64,000 bases of DNA from Cyanophora paradoxa CCMP329 (taxonomy: Eukaryota; Plantae; Glaucophyta). The stretch is from assembly GCA_004431415.1 (NCBI GenBank), contig QPMI01000174.1:115209-179208 (forward strand), written 5' to 3'. Each line of letters begins with the position of its first letter. Position 1 is the first letter of the stretch. This document shows, in pieces, positions 47,210 to 58,335 of this stretch. The notes under the pieces were generated by a model. The model made no database searches, was not told the origin of the DNA, and saw only the letters and a list, made by a program, of their open reading frames with translations. Both the position numbers and the translations under genes were made by a program.

Positions 47210-50200
47210 TCCACGCCCCCCGCGCCCCCGCCGCCCCCTCGCCCGCCCCTCACCCTCGCCCCGCAGGCCCCCGCAAGGCCGCTCTACCGCCGCGCCTCGA
47301 CCGACGCCCTCCGCTCGCGTGGTGCGCGCCGCTTCGGGGGGTGGGACTAGCTGCCGAGGACGAAAGAATCGCTACCCGCGCTTAGGCTGAGGGTTCTTTG
47401 ATCTCACAAGCGTCTCTTCCTAGAGCTCCCTGAGGCTGCCGCCCGCGCCCGCCCCCGACCGGCCCCGCCCCGCCCGCGAGCCTGACCGCCGCCGCCGCAG
47501 GCCACCCGACGCAACTCGCCGGCATCGTTCGGCCTCTACGTCGTTCGGCCTCTACACACGTCCCTGCACGGTGCGCGGTACGAGGGTTTCGTTGCTGGGA
47601 GGCGGGCGGGCGGGGTGCAAGGAAGAAGTAAATAGTTATCCCTGTCTGAGAACGATAGCCGTGCGGATTTAATCACAGTTTGTCGGAGCGCCCCCTCGCG
47701 CCCGCCGCGCGCCTCCAGCCCCCCCGCCCCTCGCGTCCGTTGGGCGGCCGCTGATCCGAGCGCCGACAGAGTGTGCACGGTGAGCCAAGAGCCTGCCAAC
47801 GCTCGTCGCCGATCACGGTTCGCACGGGGCGCGCGGGGCCGGGGCGGGGCGGGTGCTGAGGATTAAACAAGTTTCATGCACCACGCATAAATCCGTTGAT
47901 GAAACCTATCACACCACACCAAACCTTGTATGAAGCATCGCCTAGCCCCTCGGGAGCTCGCTGCGTCGCCGGGCATTGACTGAGCGCGCACCCGCAGGCG
48001 CCGGCAACGCGCGCGGCGACGAGGCGCATCGGCAAGCGGGCCGGCGACCCTGCTCTCTTCGGCGCCCCTCTTCTGTTCCGCCGGTGCGGCCTGGGCGGGG
48101 CGGGGCGGGCGGGGCGGCGGGTCTCTGTGATGCTACAAGATGACGAGACATAAGGGATTGACCGCGGAGCGCTAGTTCATGTTTTATGGGCTGCGCTCCG
48201 AGGTCGCCCGCTGCTGACGTAAGGAGGCATTTGTCTGAGGCGACCCTAGCCGCTAGCCCGGGGGCCCCCCGACCACGCCGCCGGCCGCCCTTTCAACTGA
48301 CGACGGGACGCAGGGCCGGCGCGGCGCTGAGAGGCGATGCGAAGCCGACGCGGCGCGACCGAGCCGGCCTGCCGAGGTGCGCGGGGGCGTGTGCCGAGAG
48401 TAGAGGGGTTAGGCGGGGGCGTCGCGGTGATGTTCTGCTATCTGACACCTCTTGTTTGAATGGGGGCCCTCGGGCCTCCATGAACGGAATTAGCTTTGCA
48501 GTTCTGATGCAATAGCCGGCTCGCGCCCCCTGCCCCCTCTCTCCCGGCACAACAATCGCGTCTGACAAGGCGCCTTGCGAGCAGACGGAGCAAGGGGAGG
48601 CATCGGCAACGAGACGGGGCAACGCGCGGAGGGCGGACGGTGCGGGGCGGGCGGGGGCGGGGGCGGGGGCGGGCGCGATAGCCCAATGATTGCCCTCGAG
48701 GAGGTCTGCTTGAGCTGGCGCGGCCGCCGCCCCCCGGGCGCGCCCTAGCGCCGCCGCGAGCGATGGAGACCGGTTGATCTTAGTCTGAGGGCTCCACGCC
48801 CCCCGCGCCCCCGCCGCCCCCTCGCCCGCCCCTCACCCTCGCCCCGCAGGCCCCCGCAAGGCCGCTCTACCGCCGCGCCTCGACCGACGCCCTCCGATCG
48901 CGTGGTGCGCGCCGCTTCGGGGGGTGGGACTAGCTGCCGAGGACGAAAGAATCGCTACCCGCGCTTAGGCTGAGGGTTCTTTGATCTCACAAGCGTCTCT
49001 TCCTAGAGCTCCCTGAGGCTGCCGCCCGCGCCCGCCCCCGACCGGCCCCGCCCCGCCCGCGAGCCTGACCGCCGCCGCCGCAGGCCACCCGACGGAACTC
49101 GCCGGCATCGTTCGGCCTCTACACACGTCCCTGCACGGTGCGCGGTACGAGGGTTTCGTTGCTGGGAGGCGGGCGGGCGGGGTGCAAGGAAGAAGTAAAT
49201 AGTTATCCCTGTCTGAGAACGATAGCCGTGCGGATTTAATCACAGTTTGTCGGAGCGCCCCCTCGCGCCCGCCGCGCGCCTCCAGCCCCCCGCCCTCGCG
49301 TCCGTTGGGCGGCCGCTGATCCGAGCGCCGACAGAGTGTGCACGGTGAGCCAAGAGCCTGCCAACGCTCGTCGCCGATCACGGTTCGCACGGGGCGCGCG
49401 GGGCCGGGGCGGGGCGGGTGCTGAGGATTAAACAAGTTTCATGCACCACGCATAAATCCGTTGATGAAACCTATCACACCACACCAAACCTTGTATGAAG
49501 CATCGCCTAGCCCCTCGGGAGCTCGCTGCGTCGCCGGGCATTGACTGAGCGCGCACCCGCAGGCGCCGGCAACGCGCGCGGCGACGAGGCGCATCGGCAA
49601 GCGGGCCGGCGACCCTGCTCTCTTCGGCGCCCCTCTTCTGTTCCGCCGGTGCGGCCTGGGCGGGGCGGGGCGGGCGGGGCGGCGGGTCTCTGTGATGCTA
49701 CAAGATGACGAGACATAAGGGATTGACCGCGGAGCGCTAGTTCATGTTTTATGGGCTGCGCTCCGAGGTCGCCCGCTGCTGACGTAAGGAGGCATTTGTC
49801 TGAGGCGACCCTAGCCGCTAGCCCGGGGGCCCCCCGACCACGCCGCCGGCCGCCCTTTCAACTGACGACGGGACGCAGGGCCGGCGCGGCGCTGAGAGGC
49901 GATGCGAAGCCGACGCGGCGCGACCGAGCCGGCCTGCCGAGGTGCGCGGGGGCGTGTGCCGAGAGTAGAGGGGTTAGGCGGGGGCGTCGCGGTGATGTTC
50001 TGCTATCTGACACCTCTTGTTTGAATGGGGGCCCTCGGGCCTCCATGAACGGAATTAGCTTTGCAGTTCTGATGCAATAGCCGGCTCGCGCCCCCTGCCC
50101 CCTCTCTCCCGGCACAACAATCGCGTCTGACAAGGCGCCTTGCGAGCAGACGGAGCAAGGGAGGCATCGGCAACGAGACGGGGCAACGCGCGGAGGGCGG

Positions 50201-51795
50201 ACGGTGCGGGGCGGGCGGGGCGGGGGCGGGGCGGGCGCGATAGCCCAATGATTGCCCTCGAGGAGGTCTGCTTGAGCTGGCGCGGCCGCCGCCCCCGGGC
50301 GCGCCCTAGCGCCGCCGCGAGCGATGGAGACCGGTTGATCTTAGTCTGAGGGCTCCACGCCCCCGCGCCCCGCCGCCCCTCGCCCGCCCCTCACCCTCGC
50401 CCGCAGGCCCCGCAAGGCCGCTCTACCGCCGCGCCTCGACCGACGCCCTCCGATCGCGTGGTGCGCGCCGCTTCGGGGGGTGGGACTAGCTGCCGAGGAC
50501 GAAAGAATCGCTACCCGCGCTTAGGCTGAGGGTTCTTTGATCTCACAAGCGTCTCTTCCTAGAGCTCCCTGAGGCTGCCGCCCGCGCCCGCCCCCGACCG
50601 GCCCCGCCCCGCCCGCGAGCCTGACCGCCGCCGCCGCAGGCCACCCGACGGAACTCGCCGGCATCGTTCGGCCTCTACACACGTCCCTGCACGGTGCGCG
50701 GTACGAGGGTTTCGTTGCTGGGAGGCGGGCGGGCGGGGTGCAAGGAAGAAGTAAATAGTTATCCCTGTCTGAGAACGATAGCCGTGCGGATTTAATCACA
50801 GTTTGTCGGAGCGCCCCCTCGCGCCCGCCGCGCGCCTCCAGCCCCCCCGCCCCTCGCGTCCGTTGGGCGGCCGCTGATCCGAGCGCCGACAGAGTGTGCA
50901 CGGTGAGCCAAGAGCCTGCCAACGCTCGTCGCCGATCACGGTTCGCACGGGGCGCGCGGGGCCGGGGCGGGGCGGGTGCTGAGGATTAAACAAGTTTCAT
51001 GCACCACGCATAAATCCGTTGATGAAACCTATCACACCACACCAAACCTTGTATGAAGCATCGCCTAGCCCCTCGGGAGCTCGCTGCGTCGCCGGGCATT
51101 GACTGAGCGCGCACCCGCAGGCGCCGGCAACGCGCGCGGCGGCGAGGCGCATCGGCAAGCGGGCCGGCGACCCTGCTCTCTTCGGCGCCCCTCTTCTGTT
51201 CCGCCGGTGCGGCCTGGGCGGGGCGTGGCGGGCGGGGCGGCGGGTCTCTGTGATGCTACAAGATGACGAGACATAAGGGATTGACCGCGGAGCGCTAGTT
51301 CATGTTTTATGGGCTGTGCTCCGAGGTCGCCCGCTGCTGACGTAAGGAGGCATTTGTCTGAGGCGACCCTAGCCGCTAGCAGGGGGGCCCTCCGACCACG
51401 CCGCCGGCCGCCCTTTCAACTGACGACGGGACGCAGGGCCGGCGCGGCGCTGAGAGGCGATGCGAAGCCGACACGGCGCGACCGAGCCGGCCTGCCGAGG
51501 TGCGCGGGGGCGTGTGCCGAGAGTAGAGGGGTTAGGCGGGGGCGTCGCGGTGATGTTCTGCTATCTGACACCTCTTGTTTGAATGGGGGCCCTCGGGCCT
51601 CCATGAACGGAATTAGCTTTGCAGTTCTGATGCAATAGCCCAATTCTGCACCGGGTGGGGCCGTTCATAGAAGAGAGGGCGTTCTGTCCCGCGCACCTCT
51701 GACTTGCATCGCCTCTGCAGGCCACGCACCTCAAGCACCGGTGAGCCGTCTTAGAGAGCCGGTACCCGTGTAGGACGGGGAGAGTGGAGGGGGGT

Positions 51796-51926
51796 GCCCG
51801 CTGATTGCCAACGAGGAGGTCTCCTAACGCTGGCGCCGCCGACGCCTCCTAGGCGTGCACGGCGCCCCCTGGGCCCGTGCCAGTGCCGCCGCGAGCAATG
51901 CAGACCGATTGATCTTATCTGAGGGC
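51796..51926 (+). ncRNA. Diverged paralogue of the putative U2 guide RNA
   Basis: Keeps TGATTGCC, CGAGGAGGTCT, AGACCG and TTGATCTTA-T-CTGAGGGC while the internal hairpin has diverged. Confidence 0.6.
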
Positions 51927-52151
51927 CCCCCCCCCAATCCATTCTTCGCCACAAGCATCCTTCTGCTCGCTTGCCGGCTCTTCTGACCACGCGCTGCGTA
52001 CACGTAGTGTCGGGCGGACCAGCGGGCAGCGGAACGCGTGGACTCCCTCCACCGGGCCAGTCTAGTTGATTGTAGTTAGTAAATCATCGAACAATTGAAC
52101 GACAATCAAATTACATCGGAGCAGAGGCAGAGGCGGGGCGGGTATCAGAGG

Positions 52152-55100
52152 CTAGAGGGCGCCGGGGCGGAAGGGGCCGGCGAGGAGGTCGCGGGCGGCG
52201 CTGCGGGGGATGGAGGGGTCGAGGCGGAGGCAGCCGCGGCGCCAGAGCTCCTCGCACGCCGCCCCCGCCGCCGCCTTCTCCGCCCTCTCCCGCTTGGGGC
52301 CCTCCCGCACGAACTCGAGGAGCTCGGCGCCGGCCCCCGCGGCCGCGGCCGGCAGGGCGAGGCGGACCTTGACTCGGAAGAGCGGCGCGTGGGGCGGCCC
52401 CTCCCTCTCAACGAGGGTGAAGGCTATTTAGATGCTCGCGCACGCGATAGAGGCGCCGGGACGGCCGGGGGAATCCCGCTGTTCGACCGTCACCGCCAGC
52501 CGAATTACGCGAGCCTCGTGGCGCGAGCTGCAGCCTCTGCTAGCTCTGAGTGATCCGCTCCACACTAGCGCGGCCCCTCCCTCTCGGCGCGCAGGCCCTG
52601 CAGGCTCGCGCGCAGGCAGGGCATCCCGTACTGCTCCAGCAGCTGCCGCGCCGCGCCGGCCCCCGCCTCCGCGCCCCCGGCGGCGGCGCCGGCGGCGGAG
52701 GCGGCGCCGGCCACCCGCCGGCACCAGCGGCCGCGGAAGAAGAAGCGGGTGCCGGCGGTGCTGGAGGGGTGGGCCAGGCGGCGCCGGCCGGAGCTGCGGC
52801 TGGCGGCGCGGAGGGCTGGAGGCGGAGAGGCGCGAACGGGGGCCCGTTGGGCCCCGAGCTCGGGCTCGGCCACAGCGCGCCCTGCGGAGCAATCTCAAGA
52901 GGGGAAGCGATCCGCGAAATCGGAGGGGCGGAGGGGCGGACGCGGGCGTCGAGCCACTCGCAGGCGGCCTTCGCCGCCGCGGCGCGGGCGGCGTCCTTGG
53001 AGGGGCCCCGCCCCTCGAACTCCGCCCCCTCGCCGCCCGGCGCCGGGAAGGGGAAGCGCAGGCGCGCGGCGAAGGGCGGGCCGCTCGGCGAGTACTGCTC
53101 GGCCGGCTGCCACGCCGACCTCGGCAGGCCCGGCGGCTCGGCGGCGACGTGCGGGGCCCCGGCGGCCATCCGGAGGCTGCCGGCGGCGTCAGCTCCGACA
53201 TCGACAGAAGGCGGAGCTCGCGGGGAAAGCCGCGGGCCTGGCGAGGAGGGAGGACCAGGCGTACTGGGCCAGCCAGGCCCCGCGGGCCTCCTCGGGGCCT
53301 GGGCCTACGGGCGGGCCCGAGCGCGAGGCGGCGCGGGGCCGCCAGCGGGCCTCCCTGAAGTCGGGGGGGAGGGTGAGGAGCCCGGCGTCGTCGAGCGCCG
53401 CCAGCGCCGCCGCCTCCGCCCCCCGCACCGCCCCCCGCTTCGTCTCCTCGGGCCCCCCGCGGAAGGCGCGGGGGAGCGCGGCGGGGAGGCCGGCCGCGGG
53501 GCCCGAGAGCCGCGCGGTGGCGACGAAGACGGGCTTGTGGGGCGGGCCGCTCGCCTCCGCCTCCGTCTCGATCTCCACGCCCAGCTCCGCCCGCACGTGG
53601 CTCACCAAGCTGCGCCCGAGCAAGTCTTCAAGCTCCACGAGCGGGAGCTTTTTATCGGGCTGAAGCTTCTCAGATTTTAAACCTAGGCTTGTCAGCTCAA
53701 AGACGTGCGTCGAGGAGCGGACCGGGAGGAGTACTGGCGGAGGAACTCGTCGCGGGACTCGATGCGGGCGTAGGGCGGGGCCGCCTCGTCGTCCTCGCCG
53801 TCGCTGCCGCCGCTGCTCGCGTCGTCCCCCGCGCCCCCGCCCTGGGGCTCGTCGCGGGGCTCGCTCTGGAGGGTTTCGACGGCGCGCTGCATGACCGCCT
53901 CCCGCAGCTCCGTCTGCCCGAACGCCACCTCCGCTGCCGCCGCCGCCGGCGCGGGCGCCCGTCGGGCCGACTCCGGGAGAGGAAAGCGACGGGGACGCAC
54001 CCGGGGAGCCCTCGTGGAACATGCAGACGAAGGTCGAGGCGGCGTTGCGCGCGCGCCCGCGCGACTGCACCAGCTGCCGCCACGACGTCGCCCCGTCGTA
54101 CCTGCCCGCCCCAAGGCGCCCTCGCCGGCGCCCCGTCAGTCTGATTTGTGCCGAGACTAAACTTTCTGATAGTGCTAGCTAAACCCAGGACGGCAGGCGG
54201 TCGATCTGATCGCTTGAAATCTAGACGAGGACGTGACGGACCTGACGACGAGCTGGCAGGAGGGGATGTCCAGGCCCTCCTGCATCGCGGAGGCGACCCG
54301 CGGCTGCGCGTCAGAGGGGCCGCAAGGGGAGATCTAGAGGAGGGGAGGCGAAAGACTGTAGAGAGCATGCCTCGGCGATGCTCGTCGCGACGAGCCTGCC
54401 GCGCGCGCGCGTGTCGGCGTCGTCGGCCCGAGAGTGGGGACGAGGTGTAAGGGCGGGGCCGGCCTCGTGCGCACACGTTGACTGTGCCGTCGCGGAAGCG
54501 CTGGACGGCCCCCTTCTGCTGCGCGATCGTCATCCCGCCCTCGCCCTGCCCCACCAGCCGCTGCCCCGCCCCCGTGAGCCCTCCAAGCGTCGCTCGCGGT
54601 CGCTCGGGTGGAAGCTGCGGGACCTCGGCGCGGATGGGGACGGGGCGCTGGGCGCCGGTGGCGTTGAGGGCGCGCTGGAGGGCCCCCGCCGCGCTCCGCT
54701 CCTCCACGAAGACGATGGCCCGAAAGCCCGGGCCGGCCGCCGCCTCCGCCCCGCCGGAGGGCGCCGCCGCCTCCGCGGCGTGCTCGGCGAGGATCTGCTC
54801 GAGCCGCTTGAACTTCTCGACGCTCCTCACGGACTCCTCGCGGGGCCTCGGGAGGAAGTCGGCCCAGGAACCGGCGTCCGACCCTTCGGCAGCAAGAGGA
54901 GCGAGGGCTGGCATGGCGACGTCCGAGCGCGTCAAAGCTCGAAGCAGGGGATGGAGGGGAGGTGGCGGCCCTAGGCCTCCGTTCGCGGACCGGTGCCATA
55001 GCCGGCGAGGGAGGCCTCGGCGGCGGCGAGGAGCGTCTGCATCGCCGCCGGGGGCCCCCTCACCGTCGCCCCCGCCGCGAAGACGTGCCGCATCGCCCGG

Positions 55101-58042
55101 GCGCTCCCGGCGAGGTGCCGCCGGCCCTCCTCCAGCCCGAAGTCGAACTGCGGCGCACTCGATCAAATTCAAGGAGCTCGAGCGCAAGGCGACGAAGCAA
55201 GGAGGGAGAGTATAAGAGAATAATTAAGAGAAAGCAAGTAAGACCAAGGGACACGCGAATGGGAGAGAGGGGGGCGGGGCGGGGCACCATGAGGCGCCAG
55301 GCGTCGCTGGCGACCTCGAGCCAGCGCCAGAGGCACGCCGCCTCCACCACCCCCGCCTCGGGCCCGAGCGCTAGCTCGCCGCCCCCGCCCCGCGCCCTCG
55401 CCTGCGCCCGCAAGCTTCGAATTCGCCAGGGGTGGGGCGAGGCGGCGGCGGGGGGCCGGACCGCCTCCGTGAGCTCCTGCGCCCGCTCCCGCGCCCTCTT
55501 CGAGTATTCCTCCGTCGCCCGCGGCACATCCCCCGCCGGCGGCTCCTGCCTCGCAATCGATCGCACGGGCAGCCAGCATCAGACCGGGCGCCGCGCCCGT
55601 TTCATTCTCCCGCACCTCGGAGGCGGGAAGGAGGCGCTCGGCGGCGTCTATGAGGCGGCGGCACGCCTCCTGGAAGGCCCGCTCCTCGGGGCCCAGCCGC
55701 ACCACCACCTGCAATCGCACGGCTAGGATAAGTGTACGAGTAAGCAAATTAGAACAGCAGCAAGCTTAAAATCTACGCATACCTTCTCCATGCGCGCCCG
55801 CGACACTGCCGCCCCCAGCTCCTCCTGAGTCGAGTTAGAGTGAAGCTCTAACATTGACGCGGGCGTGCCGCCCGTACCTTGAAATCATCGTGCACGGACT
55901 GGATGCGGGCGCGCATGCGGTCTGAAGAGCGCATGCGGCCTGCATGCAGGGCGCACGCGCGCTGGCTTGAGCGACGCGTCTCGGGGCGGGTCTGAGCTGC
56001 AGGCGTGAGGGCCCGCGCGCACGCATGAGCCTGCGGAGCTCGTTGATGGTGCGCTCGAGGCTCAGGTCCCCCACGACGGGCGTCGCCGTTAGGCCCAGGA
56101 TCTGGCGCGAGGCGAGCTTGATCGTGATCGCAAGCAGGAACCGTTTTCATTAACGTTTGAGGCGTCGATCGCGACGTAGGCGAGGCGGAGCGTGCGGGCG
56201 GGCGCGGGCGCGGACCGAGGGGACGGGGCGGCCGGCGCGGCGGAGCGGGTGGTAGTGCTCGCGGAGGATGCGGTGGAAGGGGTGCTGCTTCTTCACGTGG
56301 TGGCACTCGTCGATCACCTGCGGCGATAGGAATGGCAGGGTCGAACACAGAAGTCCAGCGAAGCTGGCTACACATAGCGCGCACCAAGAGGGCGAAGTGG
56401 TGCAGGGCGGGCCGGTCGGCGTCCTCGCCCGGGGCCTCGAGGGCGCTCAGCAGCAGGCCCGCCGTGCACACGAACCCGTCCTTCTCCCGCAGCTCCCGCC
56501 CCCTGCGCACGCCGCCACGGTGCACGCCGCGCATCACCCGCAGCCGCACCCGCCGGCCGCGGCCGGCCGGGCAGCCGAGCGCAGGGGCGGGGATCGGAGA
56601 CGGGGAAATAAAGGTCGAGGAGTGTGTGTGTACGGCGAACCAGTGGATGCGGGTCCCAGCGGTGTTGGTCCCGATCCGCCACGGCCGGAGCCGCTCCACC
56701 ATGCGCCCGCCCTGTAAGGCAGTCGGCTTTCTGGAGATGCCGGCGTCGAATAACAAAAACGAAATCGACGAGCCTGCTGGTCGGAGAGCGTGTTGGTCTG
56801 CACGATGAACAGAACTGCGCATCGATCGCGATCAGACGGTATCATGATCAAGGAAGGTCCTGGGGTGGCTTCGAATTCCGCGTGCGCGCCCTTCCCGCCT
56901 TGGAGGAGCGCGCGCTCGGCGACCGCCATCGCGACCTCCGTCTTGCCGGCGCCTGCCCGCTCAGATGAGCGCCGGGGAGAGGCCGCAAGGCAGATCTGGA
57001 TCCGGAGGGGAGCTCAAGGAGGTTGGGCGGGTGTGGGCGGAGGGTGGGGGGGGGGGGGGGGGTGGAGGGGGGGGTGGAGGTGGAAAGAAGAGGGGGAGAG
57101 GGGCCGGGGGGGGGAGGGAGAAGAGGGGGCGGAAGAGGATGGGGAAGGGGAAGTGGGGGAAGGGGGAAGGGGATTAAAGGGGAAGCGGGGGGGGGGGGGA
57201 AGGGGGGGAGGGGAAGGGGGCGGGGAGGGAGGACGGAGGGGGAGGGGGGGCACCGGTGGGCAGGCAGACGATGAGGTTCTCGCGGCTCGCGCCGGCCTCA
57301 TCCACGAGGGCCTGCGGCGCGGACGCGGCCGCGCGTGGTCAGCGCGGGGGTTACGCGGGGGCTCGACGCCCGGGGCTGCACCTTCTGATATTCGCGCACT
57401 GCGCAGAAGAGAGGCCAGTCAGTTGCAAGCGACCGCGACTGTAATCTAGCGAGTTCATGTACCGCGCGCGCTCACGCACGTGTGCCGTAGACATTTGGAG
57501 AGAGGTTGAGCTGGTTCAAGTGCCTTGCAAGCTCTTCAGTGCTCCGCCCGGCGTCGAGTCCTGAGCTGTTCCCGCTACCGCTCGCGCTCGAGATAGACCC
57601 CGGCGCATGGACTAAGCTTGGCGGGCCGCTGCTGACGCTACCGACGCTGAACGAGCTCGGCGCAGCTTCAGAGGCAGGCCGGGGCCCTTCGCGATCGGCT
57701 GCAAGGTCGAGGCGCAGCGCGGCGAGCCTCTCAGGGTCCTTGCTGATTGAAAACAGGTCGAGCTCAGGCGGCGCGATGACGATGCTGTAGAACTCGCGCA
57801 GAAGGTTTTTGACATGCTCGCGCGGCGGGTACTTTCGCAGCTTGAGGTCCAGAACGTCCCAGCCTGCGAGAGGATGAGAGCCGGCGGCGCGCAGCAGCGC
57901 ATACGTGCGCACCGCGCATGTCGGCGTCGACGGCGCGTGCGTTCGCCACGAACTCGGCGAACGTCCAGTCGGGCTGAGCGAAGACGACGTAATTGCTGAA
58001 GACGAGCTTCGCCTTGTCGAACACTTGCGCATGAAGCTGCAT
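52152..58042 (-). CDS. Dicer/RIG-I-type SF2 helicase with three C-terminal dsRBD-like domains; no RNase III or PAZ
   Basis: VREYQK..NLIVCLPT/GAGKT, VIDECHH, ILGLTATP, AIVFVEER, RLVGQG..FRDGTVNVLVATSIAEEGLDIP, QSRGRAR; dsRBD motifs SGPPHKPVFVATARL, GRGPSKDAARAAAAKAAC, GPPHAPLFRVKV..KAAAGAACEEL. Start at 58042 inferred. Confidence 0.85.
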
Positions 58043-58335
58043 TCCGACCGACCAGAGTGCTGCTCTCCCGCGGAGCCGAAGGCCAAGGCCTCGGCGCCGG
58101 CCACCTCGCTTGCGGCCGACGCGTACGCGCGCGCGCGCGTCGGGCCGTCGGCAGGCCGCGCGCCCTGCGCGTGTTCGCTGGCGCCCGCAATAGCGTATAG
58201 CGAGCTGCCAAGAATTCGCGTACCAGTCCGATACCGGTACCCGTCAAGCTCGAGGTCTGTTCGACCGGAAGTTCAGCCGAAAGATGCCGGCCCTGAGCTC
58301 CCCCTGCGCGCCCTGCCGCAACAAGTGGAGTAAAG
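58043..58335. promoter_or_regulatory. Putative bidirectional promoter between the helicase and RNase III genes
   Basis: Only ~290 bp between the inferred divergent ATGs; no specific elements identified. Confidence 0.4.

Larger units (their letters stand above)
45738..51640 (+). repeat. Tandem array of ~1.56-1.58 kb units (3.75 copies) forming a non-coding snoRNA host gene
   Basis: Near-identical units start at ~45740, 47322, 48905 and 50461. Confidence 0.95.

Noticed and set aside
45738-51640. rDNA/5S/spliced-leader repeat, or the repeated short ORFs as proteins
   Set aside because: No rRNA-sense sequence, only short antisense guides; the ORFs vary by indels between units and have no motifs
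57040-57250. Long G/A-rich tract as a separate element
   Set aside because: It is the pyrimidine-rich intron that splits the helicase Walker A motif on the minus strand
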